A stretch of DNA of 61,749 nucleotides from a virus (lineage: Duplodnaviria > Caudoviricetes). Position numbers and translations under genes: made by a program. Below are positions 46,736 through 56,090 of this stretch, piece after piece (the stretch's first letter is position 1; each line of letters begins with the position of its first letter). The DNA lies in the IMG/VR virus record IMGVR_UViG_3300049846_002543, positions 1-61,749 of that record; one strand, written 5' to 3'. The notes beneath the pieces are model-generated. The model was not told where the DNA came from and searched no databases. It worked only from the letters and a program-made list of their open reading frames with translations.

Positions 46736-47818
46736 ATGCAATCACAAACTCGTTATTATCACCTCTACAGTGACGTAATTCATCCGACAAAATCAACGGA
46801 TGACGGAGTTCCGACTGTTTACGAACAAGCTGAAAGCCTGGGAGGTAAATTCACCAGAATCGTAAAAGGGCTTCCAAAAGACCACGTCGCTAACTTCAAC
46901 CCCTCGATCGTCCGCTTCAACGGATCGCTTTACATCGCGTGGCGATCTCAGCCTGAGGCATTCGGCTTCCGATATGACAACAAGTATTTTTATTTGAACG
47001 GGCAACCTAACGAGATTTACTTTGGGATGCTCGGATCAGATGACGCCTCGGTCATAGGCACTAAGAAACTTCGTCCCAAAAAACATCGTCTTAGTTACGA
47101 GGACCCGCGTCTTTTTATCGGACCTGACGACAATCTGTATGTACAGTTCGTAGCTTCGACTTACGCCAGTAAGTTCGATTCGAACCCAAATAAGTTGTTC
47201 TCGCAGCCTAAAGTCATCGTCTGCTGGATCAATGACAAATTCGACGCAGTCAGTGCAGCCATCCCTCCGATTGGAAAAAATCGAGTCGTGGGCGCACCTG
47301 AAAAAAACTGGGCGTTCTTTAGTGCGAACAACGAACTGAATTGCCTCTACTCAACACGACCTCTAGTTGTCGAGCGAGAATCGGGCACACCCATCGAACT
47401 CGACACAAAGGCTTTAGATAAAGCGGCACAAGGTTGCCCAACTTTTAATTCCACGGCGCCTATCGACCTCGGCTATTGCTACTTAGTGTTTTATCACTGG
47501 AAGCACATGACGTGCACTCCAGACGGTAAGCCCTATCTGATTTACCACGTCGGGGCTTATCTAGTAAACAAAGACTTCACTCAGCTGACCTATATGACCG
47601 AGGAGCCCTTGTTTACGGGTTCCTTGAACGACAGAGTCATCGAGTGGACAGACACTTTCGGCAATCCGGTGTCTAATCAGCCGGCAGTGATCTTACCGTT
47701 CGGAGCCTTTATGGAAGGTGACGAGCTTGTGATGTCCTTGGGAGTCAACGACGCTTTTATGGGTATCTTTAGGACTAAGTTAGAAAATATTATGCGCCGG
47801 ATGAGAAAAGTCGATTAA
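46736..47818 (+). CDS. five-bladed beta-propeller glycoside phosphorylase/mannosyltransferase-like protein (GH130-like)
   Basis: FNPSI, EDPRLF, EKNW, VILPFG, SLGVND motifs; adjacent to and co-oriented with the GT4 gene. Confidence 0.7.
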   Translation: MQSQTRYYHLYSDVIHPTKSTDDGVPTVYEQAESLGGKFTRIVKGLPKDHVANFNPSIVRFNGSLYIAWRSQPEAFGFRYDNKYFYLNGQPNEIYFGMLGSDDASVIGTKKLRPKKHRLSYEDPRLFIGPDDNLYVQFVASTYASKFDSNPNKLFSQPKVIVCWINDKFDAVSAAIPPIGKNRVVGAPEKNWAFFSANNELNCLYSTRPLVVERESGTPIELDTKALDKAAQGCPTFNSTAPIDLGYCYLVFYHWKHMTCTPDGKPYLIYHVGAYLVNKDFTQLTYMTEEPLFTGSLNDRVIEWTDTFGNPVSNQPAVILPFGAFMEGDELVMSLGVNDAFMGIFRTKLENIMRRMRKVD

Positions 47819-48345
47819 GCTCGTTCTTCGTTTTCAATCGTAGTCCAGACCAAGACGGCAGCCTCGTCGACTAATTGTTGAAGACCAGACTGTCCGTCAA
47901 GGGTGTTTATCAGCTCGCGGATGGTGCGGTCGGCGCCAGCGAGAATTAGACCCCTGCGATCTAAGCCATCTGAAATAGCGCGTACAGCTTGAATATGGCT
48001 GCGAAGTTCCTTCTGAACCGCAGAAATCTTTGTCGCGGCTGAGGCAGGGTCAAGCATCTGATTTTGTACCATGTCCCGTACATTTCGGATGTCAATTTGT
48101 AAGTCATCAATCTCACGAAGTAATACTTTGCGCAGATCTTCTTTTGGAAACTTCTCCTGGATCCACGCGGTCAAATCTGCGATGCTGCCTGTGTAACCAG
48201 GGCGCAAGAACCTGGCGTATAGGTAGGCTTCGATGTCGCTAGTAGTATTTTTAGCGTAGTGAATAAACGCATCTTTGTTCGATGCGTCAAGTGAAGCTAA
48301 CCACGAGGCAACCGTGGTTGAATCACCTATTGCAGATTTGATCAT
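47815..48345 (-). CDS. hypothetical helical protein
   Basis: 176-aa ORF. Confidence 0.7.
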   Translation of the reverse strand: MIKSAIGDSTTVASWLASLDASNKDAFIHYAKNTTSDIEAYLYARFLRPGYTGSIADLTAWIQEKFPKEDLRKVLLREIDDLQIDIRNVRDMVQNQMLDPASAATKISAVQKELRSHIQAVRAISDGLDRRGLILAGADRTIRELINTLDGQSGLQQLVDEAAVLVWTTIENEERA

Positions 48346-49031
48346 GCGAAACCGCCAGCACCAAGGGCAGCACCGCGAGCTTCACGACGCATTGCCAATT
48401 CTTTTTCGCCTTGGCCTTTGAGAAGTGCCAAGTTCTTCCCGATATCTAGGTTGGCTTTTGTCTGAGCGAGAACCTGCGCGTTACGAGTATTCGCAGCGCT
48501 AGTGCCCACGTCGGTAATGCCTTTAGCCAGATTGGTGTACTGAAGACCTAAGACGTCAGCGCCTTTCTTAGCCAGATCAGCCTGAGTCTCACCGCCCAGA
48601 AGTTCCAGAGCGGTACGCCCTTTGGCCGCCATTTCCTGCTGACCGATTGCTGCCCCAGCTAACTGAGAAGCAATGCCGGTCTGAAGACCAGCCATTTGAG
48701 ACTCTTTAGACCGAGCCCCCGTAAACATGTCGTAAATAGACTGACCGATCAGATTAGTCTGCGCAGCTTCGGCACCTAAATAAGGGGCCATATTCGCCAT
48801 AAGCTCCTGCCCTGCGTAGGTCAGGCGGGTATTGATCGGGGCTAGTTGAGCATAAAGAGAACTGTAATCAGCGGGTTGCGAAGAACCGCCGCCGAAAATG
48901 CTGCCGAATGCAGAACCAAGTCCGCCGGCCAGCATTCCAATGCCGCCTAAAGTAGCTCCTAATCCGCCTGCGGCAGCTCCGCCTGCAGCGCCTGCATTAA
49001 TCGCCCCGAGGGCTAACGGTGCCATTGCCAT
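48342..49031 (-). CDS. putative DNA ejection/pilot protein
   Basis: Gly/Ala-rich hydrophobic N-terminus followed by an Ala/Gln-rich helical region. Confidence 0.55.
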   Translation of the reverse strand: MAMAPLALGAINAGAAGGAAAGGLGATLGGIGMLAGGLGSAFGSIFGGGSSQPADYSSLYAQLAPINTRLTYAGQELMANMAPYLGAEAAQTNLIGQSIYDMFTGARSKESQMAGLQTGIASQLAGAAIGQQEMAAKGRTALELLGGETQADLAKKGADVLGLQYTNLAKGITDVGTSAANTRNAQVLAQTKANLDIGKNLALLKGQGEKELAMRREARGAALGAGGFA

Positions 49032-49035
49032 GAGA

Positions 49036-49818
49036 TCAGCCCTTCCTTACACCAATGTTACTAAAAGGCTGCATTGCAGCCGAAAGCGTAGAACTTAATG
49101 CAGAAGCATTAGGCGGTGCGAACGCTGCAACAGTAGCCGCACCAAGTCCGGCAGCCATAGCAGCATTAGCGTTATACATTGCTATCTGCCGCTCTTTCCA
49201 CGCATCGATGTTGGCCTTTTCGATATCGCGTGCGTACCGAGCACGCTCACCTTGGCGAGTCAGCTCAGAAGTCAGAAGTTGAGACTTCAGAAGATTCTGA
49301 AGCCGCATATCCTCGACTTGACGAAGACGCTCGGGATCGCCAAGCTGCTTCAAGTAATCAAAAAGATCCTTAACAGTCTCGTCTTGCTGTTGAGGAATCG
49401 TAGTTTCAGAATACGGAGTCGTGGTAGGAGGCAACGTAGTCGAAGGAGGCGGCGGAAGAGTAGGTGCCGGAGGTGCTTCTCCGGGGGTTAAAGTTCCGGA
49501 CTCAGGTGTAGCCGCACCAGCAGTTTGTTGAGGGGGCTTAGCTGCAGGGCGTCCTTTATCTGGGTCAAAGCCCTCCATGTAAGAGGCTTTGGCGTAGATA
49601 TCTGCCGGTGTTTTGGAACCGGTCATCCGCTCGAAAGCTTGCGGATCTTGAACCATGCGCCCGAAACTTTCGGGACTCTGCCAACCCATCGCAGGGCCTG
49701 CCCAAAGAACGGGTTTGCCGTTCAGAATTGCCAGTTCGCCCCCGCCACGCAGCCAACCTGCCGGATCAAGCAGAGCTGTAGCGTATTCAAAAGGGCCGCG
49801 AGCGTTGATGTTCGTCAT
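49036..49818 (-). CDS. putative internal virion protein
   Basis: Pro/Thr-rich linker, coiled coil and Ala-rich hydrophobic C-terminus. Confidence 0.5.
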   Translation of the reverse strand: MTNINARGPFEYATALLDPAGWLRGGGELAILNGKPVLWAGPAMGWQSPESFGRMVQDPQAFERMTGSKTPADIYAKASYMEGFDPDKGRPAAKPPQQTAGAATPESGTLTPGEAPPAPTLPPPPSTTLPPTTTPYSETTIPQQQDETVKDLFDYLKQLGDPERLRQVEDMRLQNLLKSQLLTSELTRQGERARYARDIEKANIDAWKERQIAMYNANAAMAAGLGAATVAAFAPPNASALSSTLSAAMQPFSNIGVRKG

Positions 49819-49819
49819 G

Positions 49820-50524
49820 TCAGGGCACCTGGGTGGCGAGTTGCTGCAGCACAGAACTCTGAGCGAGATTCTGCGGAGCGGTCATATTTTGAATCGCAGT
49901 GTTCAACAGACCTTGAGCTGTCGAGTAACCGGACTGTACACGTTGCCGCTGAATATCACCAAGGGTAGAAAGTTCCTGCCGCTTGATTCCCCCGCCGACT
50001 TCTAATTCAGCTCGCTTTAAATCAGCGCCCAGTTCCATCTGCCGGATCGCAGCTTGGATCTGACCCTCTAAAGCTTTCAGAGCACGCTCACGAGCACCGA
50101 GCTCTTCAAGTTCAGCGCTGCGCCCAGCTCGGATCTGACCGTAGACATCCTCAGCCGAAGGACCGGAGTCCAGACCAAAGAATCGACCAAACCGCTGACG
50201 GGCTCGCTCTTGCTCGATCAGGCGAGGAATTAAATCCTCGCTGAGGATGGCCTTGGAACCGGGAGCGTCAGAAGTTTCGGGAAGCTTGCCGCGCATCGCG
50301 GCAACAAGATCCGGAAGTGCTGCGCCGGCCGCCGAACTTAACAAAGGTGCGACGATATTCTGCCGGTTAAATCCAGGAGGAGTACCGACAAAATCAGCAG
50401 TAGTCGGAGAGCCAGTCTGAGTTTGTAAAATACTCTGGATGACGGCGGGAGCCACGCCGGCAGCGGTGAGCTGCGTGGCTAACTGGACTAATCCGCCAGC
50501 GGCGGGTGCGGCTGCAGCGACCAT
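49820..50524 (-). CDS. putative internal virion protein
   Basis: Ala/Gln-rich with a coiled coil. Confidence 0.5.
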   Translation of the reverse strand: MVAAAAPAAGGLVQLATQLTAAGVAPAVIQSILQTQTGSPTTADFVGTPPGFNRQNIVAPLLSSAAGAALPDLVAAMRGKLPETSDAPGSKAILSEDLIPRLIEQERARQRFGRFFGLDSGPSAEDVYGQIRAGRSAELEELGARERALKALEGQIQAAIRQMELGADLKRAELEVGGGIKRQELSTLGDIQRQRVQSGYSTAQGLLNTAIQNMTAPQNLAQSSVLQQLATQVP

Positions 50525-50527
50525 TAG

Positions 50528-50764
50528 TTACTGACCTCCCGGATTGTCATATTGAGTGCCCGAAAGAGCCATTTTCTTATTTGATTTTACTTGATCTTCT
50601 GGGTTATTAGCAGCAACCATATTCTGCAGTTGTTCCGGCGAAGGTAACGCAGATGTCTGAGGGAATGTAGAAGCAATATACATTTTTAAAAACGCACCAG
50701 GATCTAACGCCGGTGCGTCACGGCGAACATCCCGTTCCCTGAGTTGTTGTTCGCGTAGGTTCAT
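50528..50764 (-). CDS. hypothetical protein
   Basis: 78-aa ORF, translationally coupled. Confidence 0.6.
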   Translation of the reverse strand: MNLREQQLRERDVRRDAPALDPGAFLKMYIASTFPQTSALPSPEQLQNMVAANNPEDQVKSNKKMALSGTQYDNPGGQ

Positions 50765-51267
50765 CAGCCCAGGTTCTGGAATGCCACGCTGGGCGGAATG
50801 TTGTTCGAAGCGGGTGCGTTCAGCATCGAGTACTGACCGCCGTAGTTAGGCAGATCAAATTCGGCGGGACGCTGGCGGCTCAGGTACTCGGCACCCTCGT
50901 CACCTTGCTGAGTCAGGTTCTGGATATACGCCAGGAACACATCGATAAGCGACGGATCCTCCAAAATCGCCGAAACAAGCTCTTCAATTTCTTCGGCAGC
51001 AGCTTCGTCGGACACGCCAGCCTGGAGACGTCGCTCCAGTTGCACTTTCATCTCAGGCTGAGACGTGTCGGGATACGCATTCAGCGACCGAGTCGGCTGT
51101 GTCATCATGCCGTTGCCTTCCATGCCAGGCATCGGAGGCGCGGCACGGTAGTAGTTCTTGAGCACCGTGGCGACCATAGGAGTCGCAGCAGCACGCTCAG
51201 CCGGAGTCCGGGGGACAGGTAAACCCAGGACGCGAGCCGCTAATTCGTAATCGGAGTCAGAGAACAT
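50764..51267 (-). CDS. hypothetical protein
   Basis: 167-aa ORF. Confidence 0.65.
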   Translation of the reverse strand: MFSDSDYELAARVLGLPVPRTPAERAAATPMVATVLKNYYRAAPPMPGMEGNGMMTQPTRSLNAYPDTSQPEMKVQLERRLQAGVSDEAAAEEIEELVSAILEDPSLIDVFLAYIQNLTQQGDEGAEYLSRQRPAEFDLPNYGGQYSMLNAPASNNIPPSVAFQNLG

Positions 51268-51530
51268 GAACTAACGGCTACGTCTTCTAGTTCCATTTTA
51301 GTACGAAGCTTCAAGATTTCGCCGGGTTGCACCTCCAGTACGATGCAGATTTTCTCCAGCACTTCTGGACTCGGAATGTAGAACTCGTCCGAACAGATGT
51401 TGCGCGTCGTTGTCGGTGACAAATCAGCTAATTTGCTCAGCCTAAAGGACGAGATGCCGCGCTCGGTCAGAATCTCGTCTAACCGGTTAACTAAACGTCG
51501 TTCGGACGGACGTGAACTATAAAAAGGCAC
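51240..51530 (-). CDS. XRE/Cro-family HTH regulator
   Basis: LDEILTERGISSFRLSKLADLSPTTTRNI...LEKICIVLEVQPGEIL. Confidence 0.85.
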   Translation of the reverse strand: MPFYSSRPSERRLVNRLDEILTERGISSFRLSKLADLSPTTTRNICSDEFYIPSPEVLEKICIVLEVQPGEILKLRTKMELEDVAVSSCSLTPITN

Positions 51531-51565
51531 AGCGGTTAGCTAACTAATAGCTGTATCCTATCAAG

Positions 51566-52333
51566 CTAAAAACCTAAATTTTTAGCTCGCACGAACTCAA
51601 GGTTATATGTAGTCAGACAAGGAGGGAAGGCGGGGTTATTAAACGGATTTTTATAGGGCTTACCCTCGACGTGTCCTTGCCACGCTTCGGACCATTTGGC
51701 GTGCATGTACGTCTTGTTCAATTCGTGGGCCATATGAATTCGGTTGGCTAATTCGGGTTCCGAACGCCAGGTTTGCGACCCGTCAGCATATGATCCAGTC
51801 AGCTCACCGTGGTAATACGGGATGCCTACTGACATGATGCGTTTGAAGTCTTCGTCGTGCTGAAAACGCATTCCCCAATCGAGATCCTCGCAATACGCCG
51901 GATAAAGATTCTCATCGAAGAGTCCGTACTTTTGGACTGCCCAATCCTTGAGTAAAAAAACGTCCCAGGCGCCGTTATCCCCGTGAACGACACCAACTTC
52001 AGGATCTTGAGCACTGTCGTGCATTGCCTGAAGAAAACCGGGAGTGAACATAACATCGTGATTTACGATGAGCCAATAAGGCGCATTCATAAAGCACTTA
52101 ATCGTCAAGTTCCAATAGCCCGAACACCCTATGTTCGCAGGCAAGTGGCAAACTTTTACGTTTTTAACGTACTTATGGGGAACGTTTTTTAGAGCGTCAA
52201 GCTCCTCTGTTATTTGGTCACGGCCGTTGTTATTGAAAACAACGAACGTCTCCACGGGGTAATCTATGCTGTAAAAAAGACGATAGACCCAATGAGGAGC
52301 ATTGACGACGGCTGTACCGATAACAGGGAGCAT
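51566..52333 (-). CDS. GT2-like (GT-A) glycosyltransferase
   Basis: FNNNG, NIGCSGYWN, VNHDV, GLFDENLYPAYCEDLD motifs. Confidence 0.85.
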   Translation of the reverse strand: MLPVIGTAVVNAPHWVYRLFYSIDYPVETFVVFNNNGRDQITEELDALKNVPHKYVKNVKVCHLPANIGCSGYWNLTIKCFMNAPYWLIVNHDVMFTPGFLQAMHDSAQDPEVGVVHGDNGAWDVFLLKDWAVQKYGLFDENLYPAYCEDLDWGMRFQHDEDFKRIMSVGIPYYHGELTGSYADGSQTWRSEPELANRIHMAHELNKTYMHAKWSEAWQGHVEGKPYKNPFNNPAFPPCLTTYNLEFVRAKNLGF

Positions 52334-52406
52334 GTTTAAGCCGGTATAATTACCAGCATACTAACACAGTCCCCGGTGTATCGAGTAGCAGGTTTTGGAC
52401 TGTTAA

Positions 52407-52556
52407 TTACTTAATGTCTGCGTCTTTGATCAGTTGCTTCACCGCAGAAACGAATTCAACCAAAGAACCTTTAAAAGTTGTGTGATCCAGAACCTCTAGC
52501 AAGAACTGTTTGACCTCTTCAGAGGGAAGGGAACACTTAGAAACGGCATTTTCCAT
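52407..52556 (-). CDS. small protein (49 aa) after the tailspike; possible chaperone
   Basis: Translated by hand: MENAVSKCSLPSEEVKQFLLEVLD... Confidence 0.5.
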   Translation of the reverse strand: MENAVSKCSLPSEEVKQFLLEVLDHTTFKGSLVEFVSAVKQLIKDADIK

Positions 52557-52558
52557 GA

Positions 52559-53905
52559 TCAAGGTCCGATTAAAGCGTGAGCACCAGAAGTAGACGAGTG
52601 GATTCTAGCAACAAGCCCGGCAACATACTCCGCAAGCTGCGTCAATGTGACTGTAGCTGTATTGAACGAAGCAGTGTTGGTCGTTCCGGTAGGTAGACCA
52701 AAGCCAGTTTGCAATCCTCGTACAAAAGCTGTGGAACCGGATCCGACGTTCACACCAAAATTAGCATTGGCGACAATGACGTCGGAGGATCCTATTTGAA
52801 GTTTAGAGGATCCGCCTCGAACAAAGTGAATAAAAGAGCCGCTGGAATTGTACTCTAAATAATCACCATTAAATACAGTAGTGCGCCAATCACCATCTAG
52901 ATTTCCAGAAGCAATAGCTGCGTTATTAAAATAGATGCGATCATTGCCTTTTAAACTAATAGCTGCTTTATTAGCGCCGAAGTCGAGACCGCTCATCGAC
53001 AAGTCTAAACCGGTAACCCATTTACCCGTAGCGCTAACGAGAGCATCGCAAGTTGCAGCACCTGTACTTTGCGCACGGTAGCCCAACCACACGGCGCTTT
53101 TTGCCCCGGTGGCCACCGTACGATTGAAATTGTTAACGACGCCTACACACGCCGCATCAAAACCGTTATCGTCACAGATTGTTTCATAAGGATTCATATA
53201 AACGCCATTAGCCCCTGCAGTCATATCGCCGTTAAATAAGACGGCGGCAGGGTTGGCAAGGAAGTTTGTAGATCCCGCTCGCGTTCCGGTTACAAAGGCA
53301 CTGCCGTTGAAGCAGACCAGATCCCCTTGTCCAGCTTGAAAAATTTTTGTACGGTAAGCGGCAATCCCTGTCCGGCCGCCGTTGCCGGAAGTCTGTTGGT
53401 TCCAGCCTGACGAGTTATAAAGATAAGTGTAATGGGGGAATACTTCAGGGGTATAAGAATATCCTGTAGTGGGCTGTCCTACAGTGTTTGCACCGGTAAT
53501 CCAATGCTCAACAGGGAACTGACATTTAGTCAGATCACCGTTAAATGCTGTTAGGGGGGAGTCGGCGTTACCGGAACTTGTAGGCGGACTGCTTACGTTG
53601 GAGTAGTAAAGGCCGGTCTTGTTGTTGTCCGCACAACGGATAGAACCTAAGCCCGAAAAACGCCCAGGCAACGAAGCCTTAGTTGCAATCGTAGTGCTGT
53701 AAAGCCCTGCGGGAACGTAGTAGGTACCGGCAGCGGCAGCATTTTGAACGGCTGTCGTGTCGTTAGCACTACCGTTACCTATCGCACCATAATCTTTAAC
53801 ACTGACTAAATCACTAAGCTTGGACTCTATAGTACGATTTACGACACCTGAACCAGTCTGAGTAAACTGCAATCCAGGACGCGCGATGAAATTCTGGGAA
53901 GCCAC
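52559..53905 (-). CDS. second tailspike / receptor-binding protein
   Basis: VSVKDYGAIGNGSANDT motif; N-terminus homologous to 11787..13667. Confidence 0.8.
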   Translation of the reverse strand: MASQNFIARPGLQFTQTGSGVVNRTIESKLSDLVSVKDYGAIGNGSANDTTAVQNAAAAGTYYVPAGLYSTTIATKASLPGRFSGLGSIRCADNNKTGLYYSNVSSPPTSSGNADSPLTAFNGDLTKCQFPVEHWITGANTVGQPTTGYSYTPEVFPHYTYLYNSSGWNQQTSGNGGRTGIAAYRTKIFQAGQGDLVCFNGSAFVTGTRAGSTNFLANPAAVLFNGDMTAGANGVYMNPYETICDDNGFDAACVGVVNNFNRTVATGAKSAVWLGYRAQSTGAATCDALVSATGKWVTGLDLSMSGLDFGANKAAISLKGNDRIYFNNAAIASGNLDGDWRTTVFNGDYLEYNSSGSFIHFVRGGSSKLQIGSSDVIVANANFGVNVGSGSTAFVRGLQTGFGLPTGTTNTASFNTATVTLTQLAEYVAGLVARIHSSTSGAHALIGP

Positions 53906-53988
53906 TGGACCTAAATTCTTTTACGTTAATTATAAACCTATACCTTGTTTAGTAATTATGCTAGTTTACTGGCATTAAACAAACTTAA

Positions 53989-54708
53989 ATGACCAAGTAC
54001 ATCTGGGGTCCCGAAAGCAAAACCATTATCCCCACGCCGAAACCAGCGTTCCTCATGAACGAGGACGATTCGGGTCTCTGCCAGATGTTCCGCGTGGGAA
54101 TTCCCGAGCGCGAGCTTATCGAATTCTGCAAACAGTTCTTTGATCCGCAACGGGCTCGTTTTATCGACGGCGGCGCGCATATGGGCGCGTATAGCATCTT
54201 GCTTGCCGAAACATTTAATGCAGTTGAGGCGTTCGAAGCTCAGCGCCGCACCTACTTCCAACTCTGCGGCAACATCTACATCAACGAAAAAACCAACATC
54301 ACCCCGCATAATTTCGCACTGACCAATCACTCACACACATACAGTCACACAACACTGTACGTAGTCAGCGACGACGGTGGCGGCTCCTCGACCATCAAAC
54401 CAGACGAAGCCCAGATCAAGTCCAAAGAAACCGTCGAAACCATCCACATCGACAACTTCGAGTGGTCCGACGTGGGACTGATCAAACTGGACGTTGAAGG
54501 CGCGGAACTCGAAGCAATCCAGGGTGCACGCGAAACTCTGAAACGTTGCGATTTCCCGCCAATCTTATTTGAGTCCAACGGGCCGGGCGCTCATAATCAA
54601 AAGCGCTCTGAGCTCTTTAAATACCTGATGAACGAACTTCCTTACCAAGTCGGACACATTAAAGGCTTCGACAACATGTTCATTGCTCTTCGACGAGAAT
54701 CTGCATAA
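53989..54708 (+). CDS. FkbM-family methyltransferase
   Basis: FIDGGAHMG, EAFEA, IKLDVEGAE, ILFE. Confidence 0.9.
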   Translation: MTKYIWGPESKTIIPTPKPAFLMNEDDSGLCQMFRVGIPERELIEFCKQFFDPQRARFIDGGAHMGAYSILLAETFNAVEAFEAQRRTYFQLCGNIYINEKTNITPHNFALTNHSHTYSHTTLYVVSDDGGGSSTIKPDEAQIKSKETVETIHIDNFEWSDVGLIKLDVEGAELEAIQGARETLKRCDFPPILFESNGPGAHNQKRSELFKYLMNELPYQVGHIKGFDNMFIALRRESA

Positions 54709-55129
54709 GATCCACGCCGGACTCGCGCAGCATGTCGACCGACAAATTGAAGTTGGCTTGCCAACGATCAGGAATCGGCAGCTCTGGCACGACAATACGC
54801 CGAACACCCGCCTGAATCATAAGTGTGGTGCAGTTACAGCAAGGCAGGAACGGCCACACATATACCGTAGATCCGGACATATCAATACCGAACCTAGCAG
54901 CCTGAGCAACTATATTTGCTTCAGCGTGTACAGTGCGCAGATACTTCTCGTCCCGGTTGTTGAGTCGCCCTGGTAAGTCGGCAATTCCACGGGGCAACCC
55001 GTTGTACCCAGTCGCAAGAACTCGCCGATCCTTGACGGCAACGGCGCCAACCTTCGTAGAGGGATCGAGGCTCCAGTCACTGATATGTTTTGCGAGGTCT
55101 AGAAACCTGCGATCCCACTTCTCCGTCAT
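54680..55129 (-). CDS. dCMP deaminase
   Basis: DPSTKVGA, GYNG, HAE and PCxxC zinc motifs; likely ATG 55129. Confidence 0.92.
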   Translation of the reverse strand: MTEKWDRRFLDLAKHISDWSLDPSTKVGAVAVKDRRVLATGYNGLPRGIADLPGRLNNRDEKYLRTVHAEANIVAQAARFGIDMSGSTVYVWPFLPCCNCTTLMIQAGVRRIVVPELPIPDRWQANFNLSVDMLRESGVDLMQILVEEQ

Positions 55130-55512
55130 ACGAAAGCAACTCGGTCGGCTTTCGGGTCGTCGCAGGCGTACACCATGCCCGGTACCCACTCTTCCATTTT
55201 ACCGTTATCCAGCTTGACGATATATCGCCATTGAGGTTTTCCATCTTTCCTTAGTGTCTTTTTATACCCTGTGACTTCGCCTTTTTTATTAGGCAAAGAC
55301 ATTCCCGCAGAACACGTACGTTTAGCGATCCGATCTCCCACGGCGAACCTCATGTTCGGCTGTTCGGTTGCAGTCATACAGACTCCGTTATCTCTCAACA
55401 TGTTTAACACGGCTGCCATGCGAGCGGGAGAATCCAGAATTTCGTCTTTAAAATCTTCATGCCAAAAAGCATAAAGTCCGAGCTCAAGCAGATTTGGATT
55501 GTGCTCGGGCAT
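55126..55512 (-). CDS. hypothetical protein
   Basis: Likely ATG 55512; C-terminal small beta-barrel-like pattern. Confidence 0.6.
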   Translation of the reverse strand: MPEHNPNLLELGLYAFWHEDFKDEILDSPARMAAVLNMLRDNGVCMTATEQPNMRFAVGDRIAKRTCSAGMSLPNKKGEVTGYKKTLRKDGKPQWRYIVKLDNGKMEEWVPGMVYACDDPKADRVAFV

Positions 55513-55735
55513 TGCGCTCCAGGCGAGCCTTGTGGATCCGAAGCCTACACAAGCCCCGGTAGAAAAAACCAAAGTGTTGGGCGTCCGTCACTTTTGTGCG
55601 CTTTCCGCAGAGTGGGCACTCAGCAACAAAAAACTGCGGGTCACGCGCCGAGTAATCCCCGTTGCGTTTGCCGCAGTCCAGACAAGCGTGCTTGGCAGTC
55701 TTGAGTTTATCCAGCTGTTCCTGGATAGCTTCCAT
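55484..55735 (-). CDS. Zn-ribbon protein
   Basis: CLDC...CPLC. Confidence 0.6.
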   Translation of the reverse strand: MEAIQEQLDKLKTAKHACLDCGKRNGDYSARDPQFFVAECPLCGKRTKVTDAQHFGFFYRGLCRLRIHKARLERNARAQSKSA

Positions 55736-55940
55736 CGAGGATGCCGCGCAAGTAATGAGCGGTAATATAGCAGTCCTCACTCAGCACATCGGCTTGCGCG
55801 TCGCGATACAACGCCTCAATCCACTCGGCTGTAGCCTCCATCACCACGCGGGCATCTGCCAAGTGCGAATACCAATCATGTGACTCATGAGACTCGGCCA
55901 GTTGCATGGCCACATATTTAAGTAAGGGGTGCGTTTCCAT
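55707..55940 (-). CDS. hypothetical protein
   Basis: 77-aa ORF downstream of the tRNA. Confidence 0.55.
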   Translation of the reverse strand: METHPLLKYVAMQLAESHESHDWYSHLADARVVMEATAEWIEALYRDAQADVLSEDCYITAHYLRGILDGSYPGTAG

Positions 55941-55958
55941 GTGATTTAGTTAGTGAAA

Positions 55959-56040
55959 TACCCAGGACGAGACTCGAACTCGTACGGCATAACGCCTCAG
56001 CATTTTAAGTGCTGTGTGTCTACCATTCCACCACCTGGGC
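55959..56040 (-). tRNA. trnL: tRNA-Leu(UAA)
   Basis: GCCCAGG/CCTGGGT acceptor stem, D-loop GGAATGGTAGAC, anticodon arm CAGCA-CTTAAAA-TGCTG, long variable arm, GTTCGAG T-loop; CCA not encoded. Confidence 0.95.
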
Positions 56041-56090
56041 GCCCCGCCAGATTAGCCCGAAATTTTCGGCCCGCAACAAACTTGTAACAA

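Noticed and set aside
47815-48345. Terminase small subunit
   Set aside because: Size and helical nature fit, but no diagnostic motif is recognisable and the GT pair separates it from terL; left as hypothetical.
40455-52333. T4-style DNA glucosylation as the role of the glycosyltransferases
   Set aside because: Ranked lower, not excluded. No hydroxymethylase or TET/JBP gene is in the window, and the GTs lie among morphogenesis rather than replication genes.
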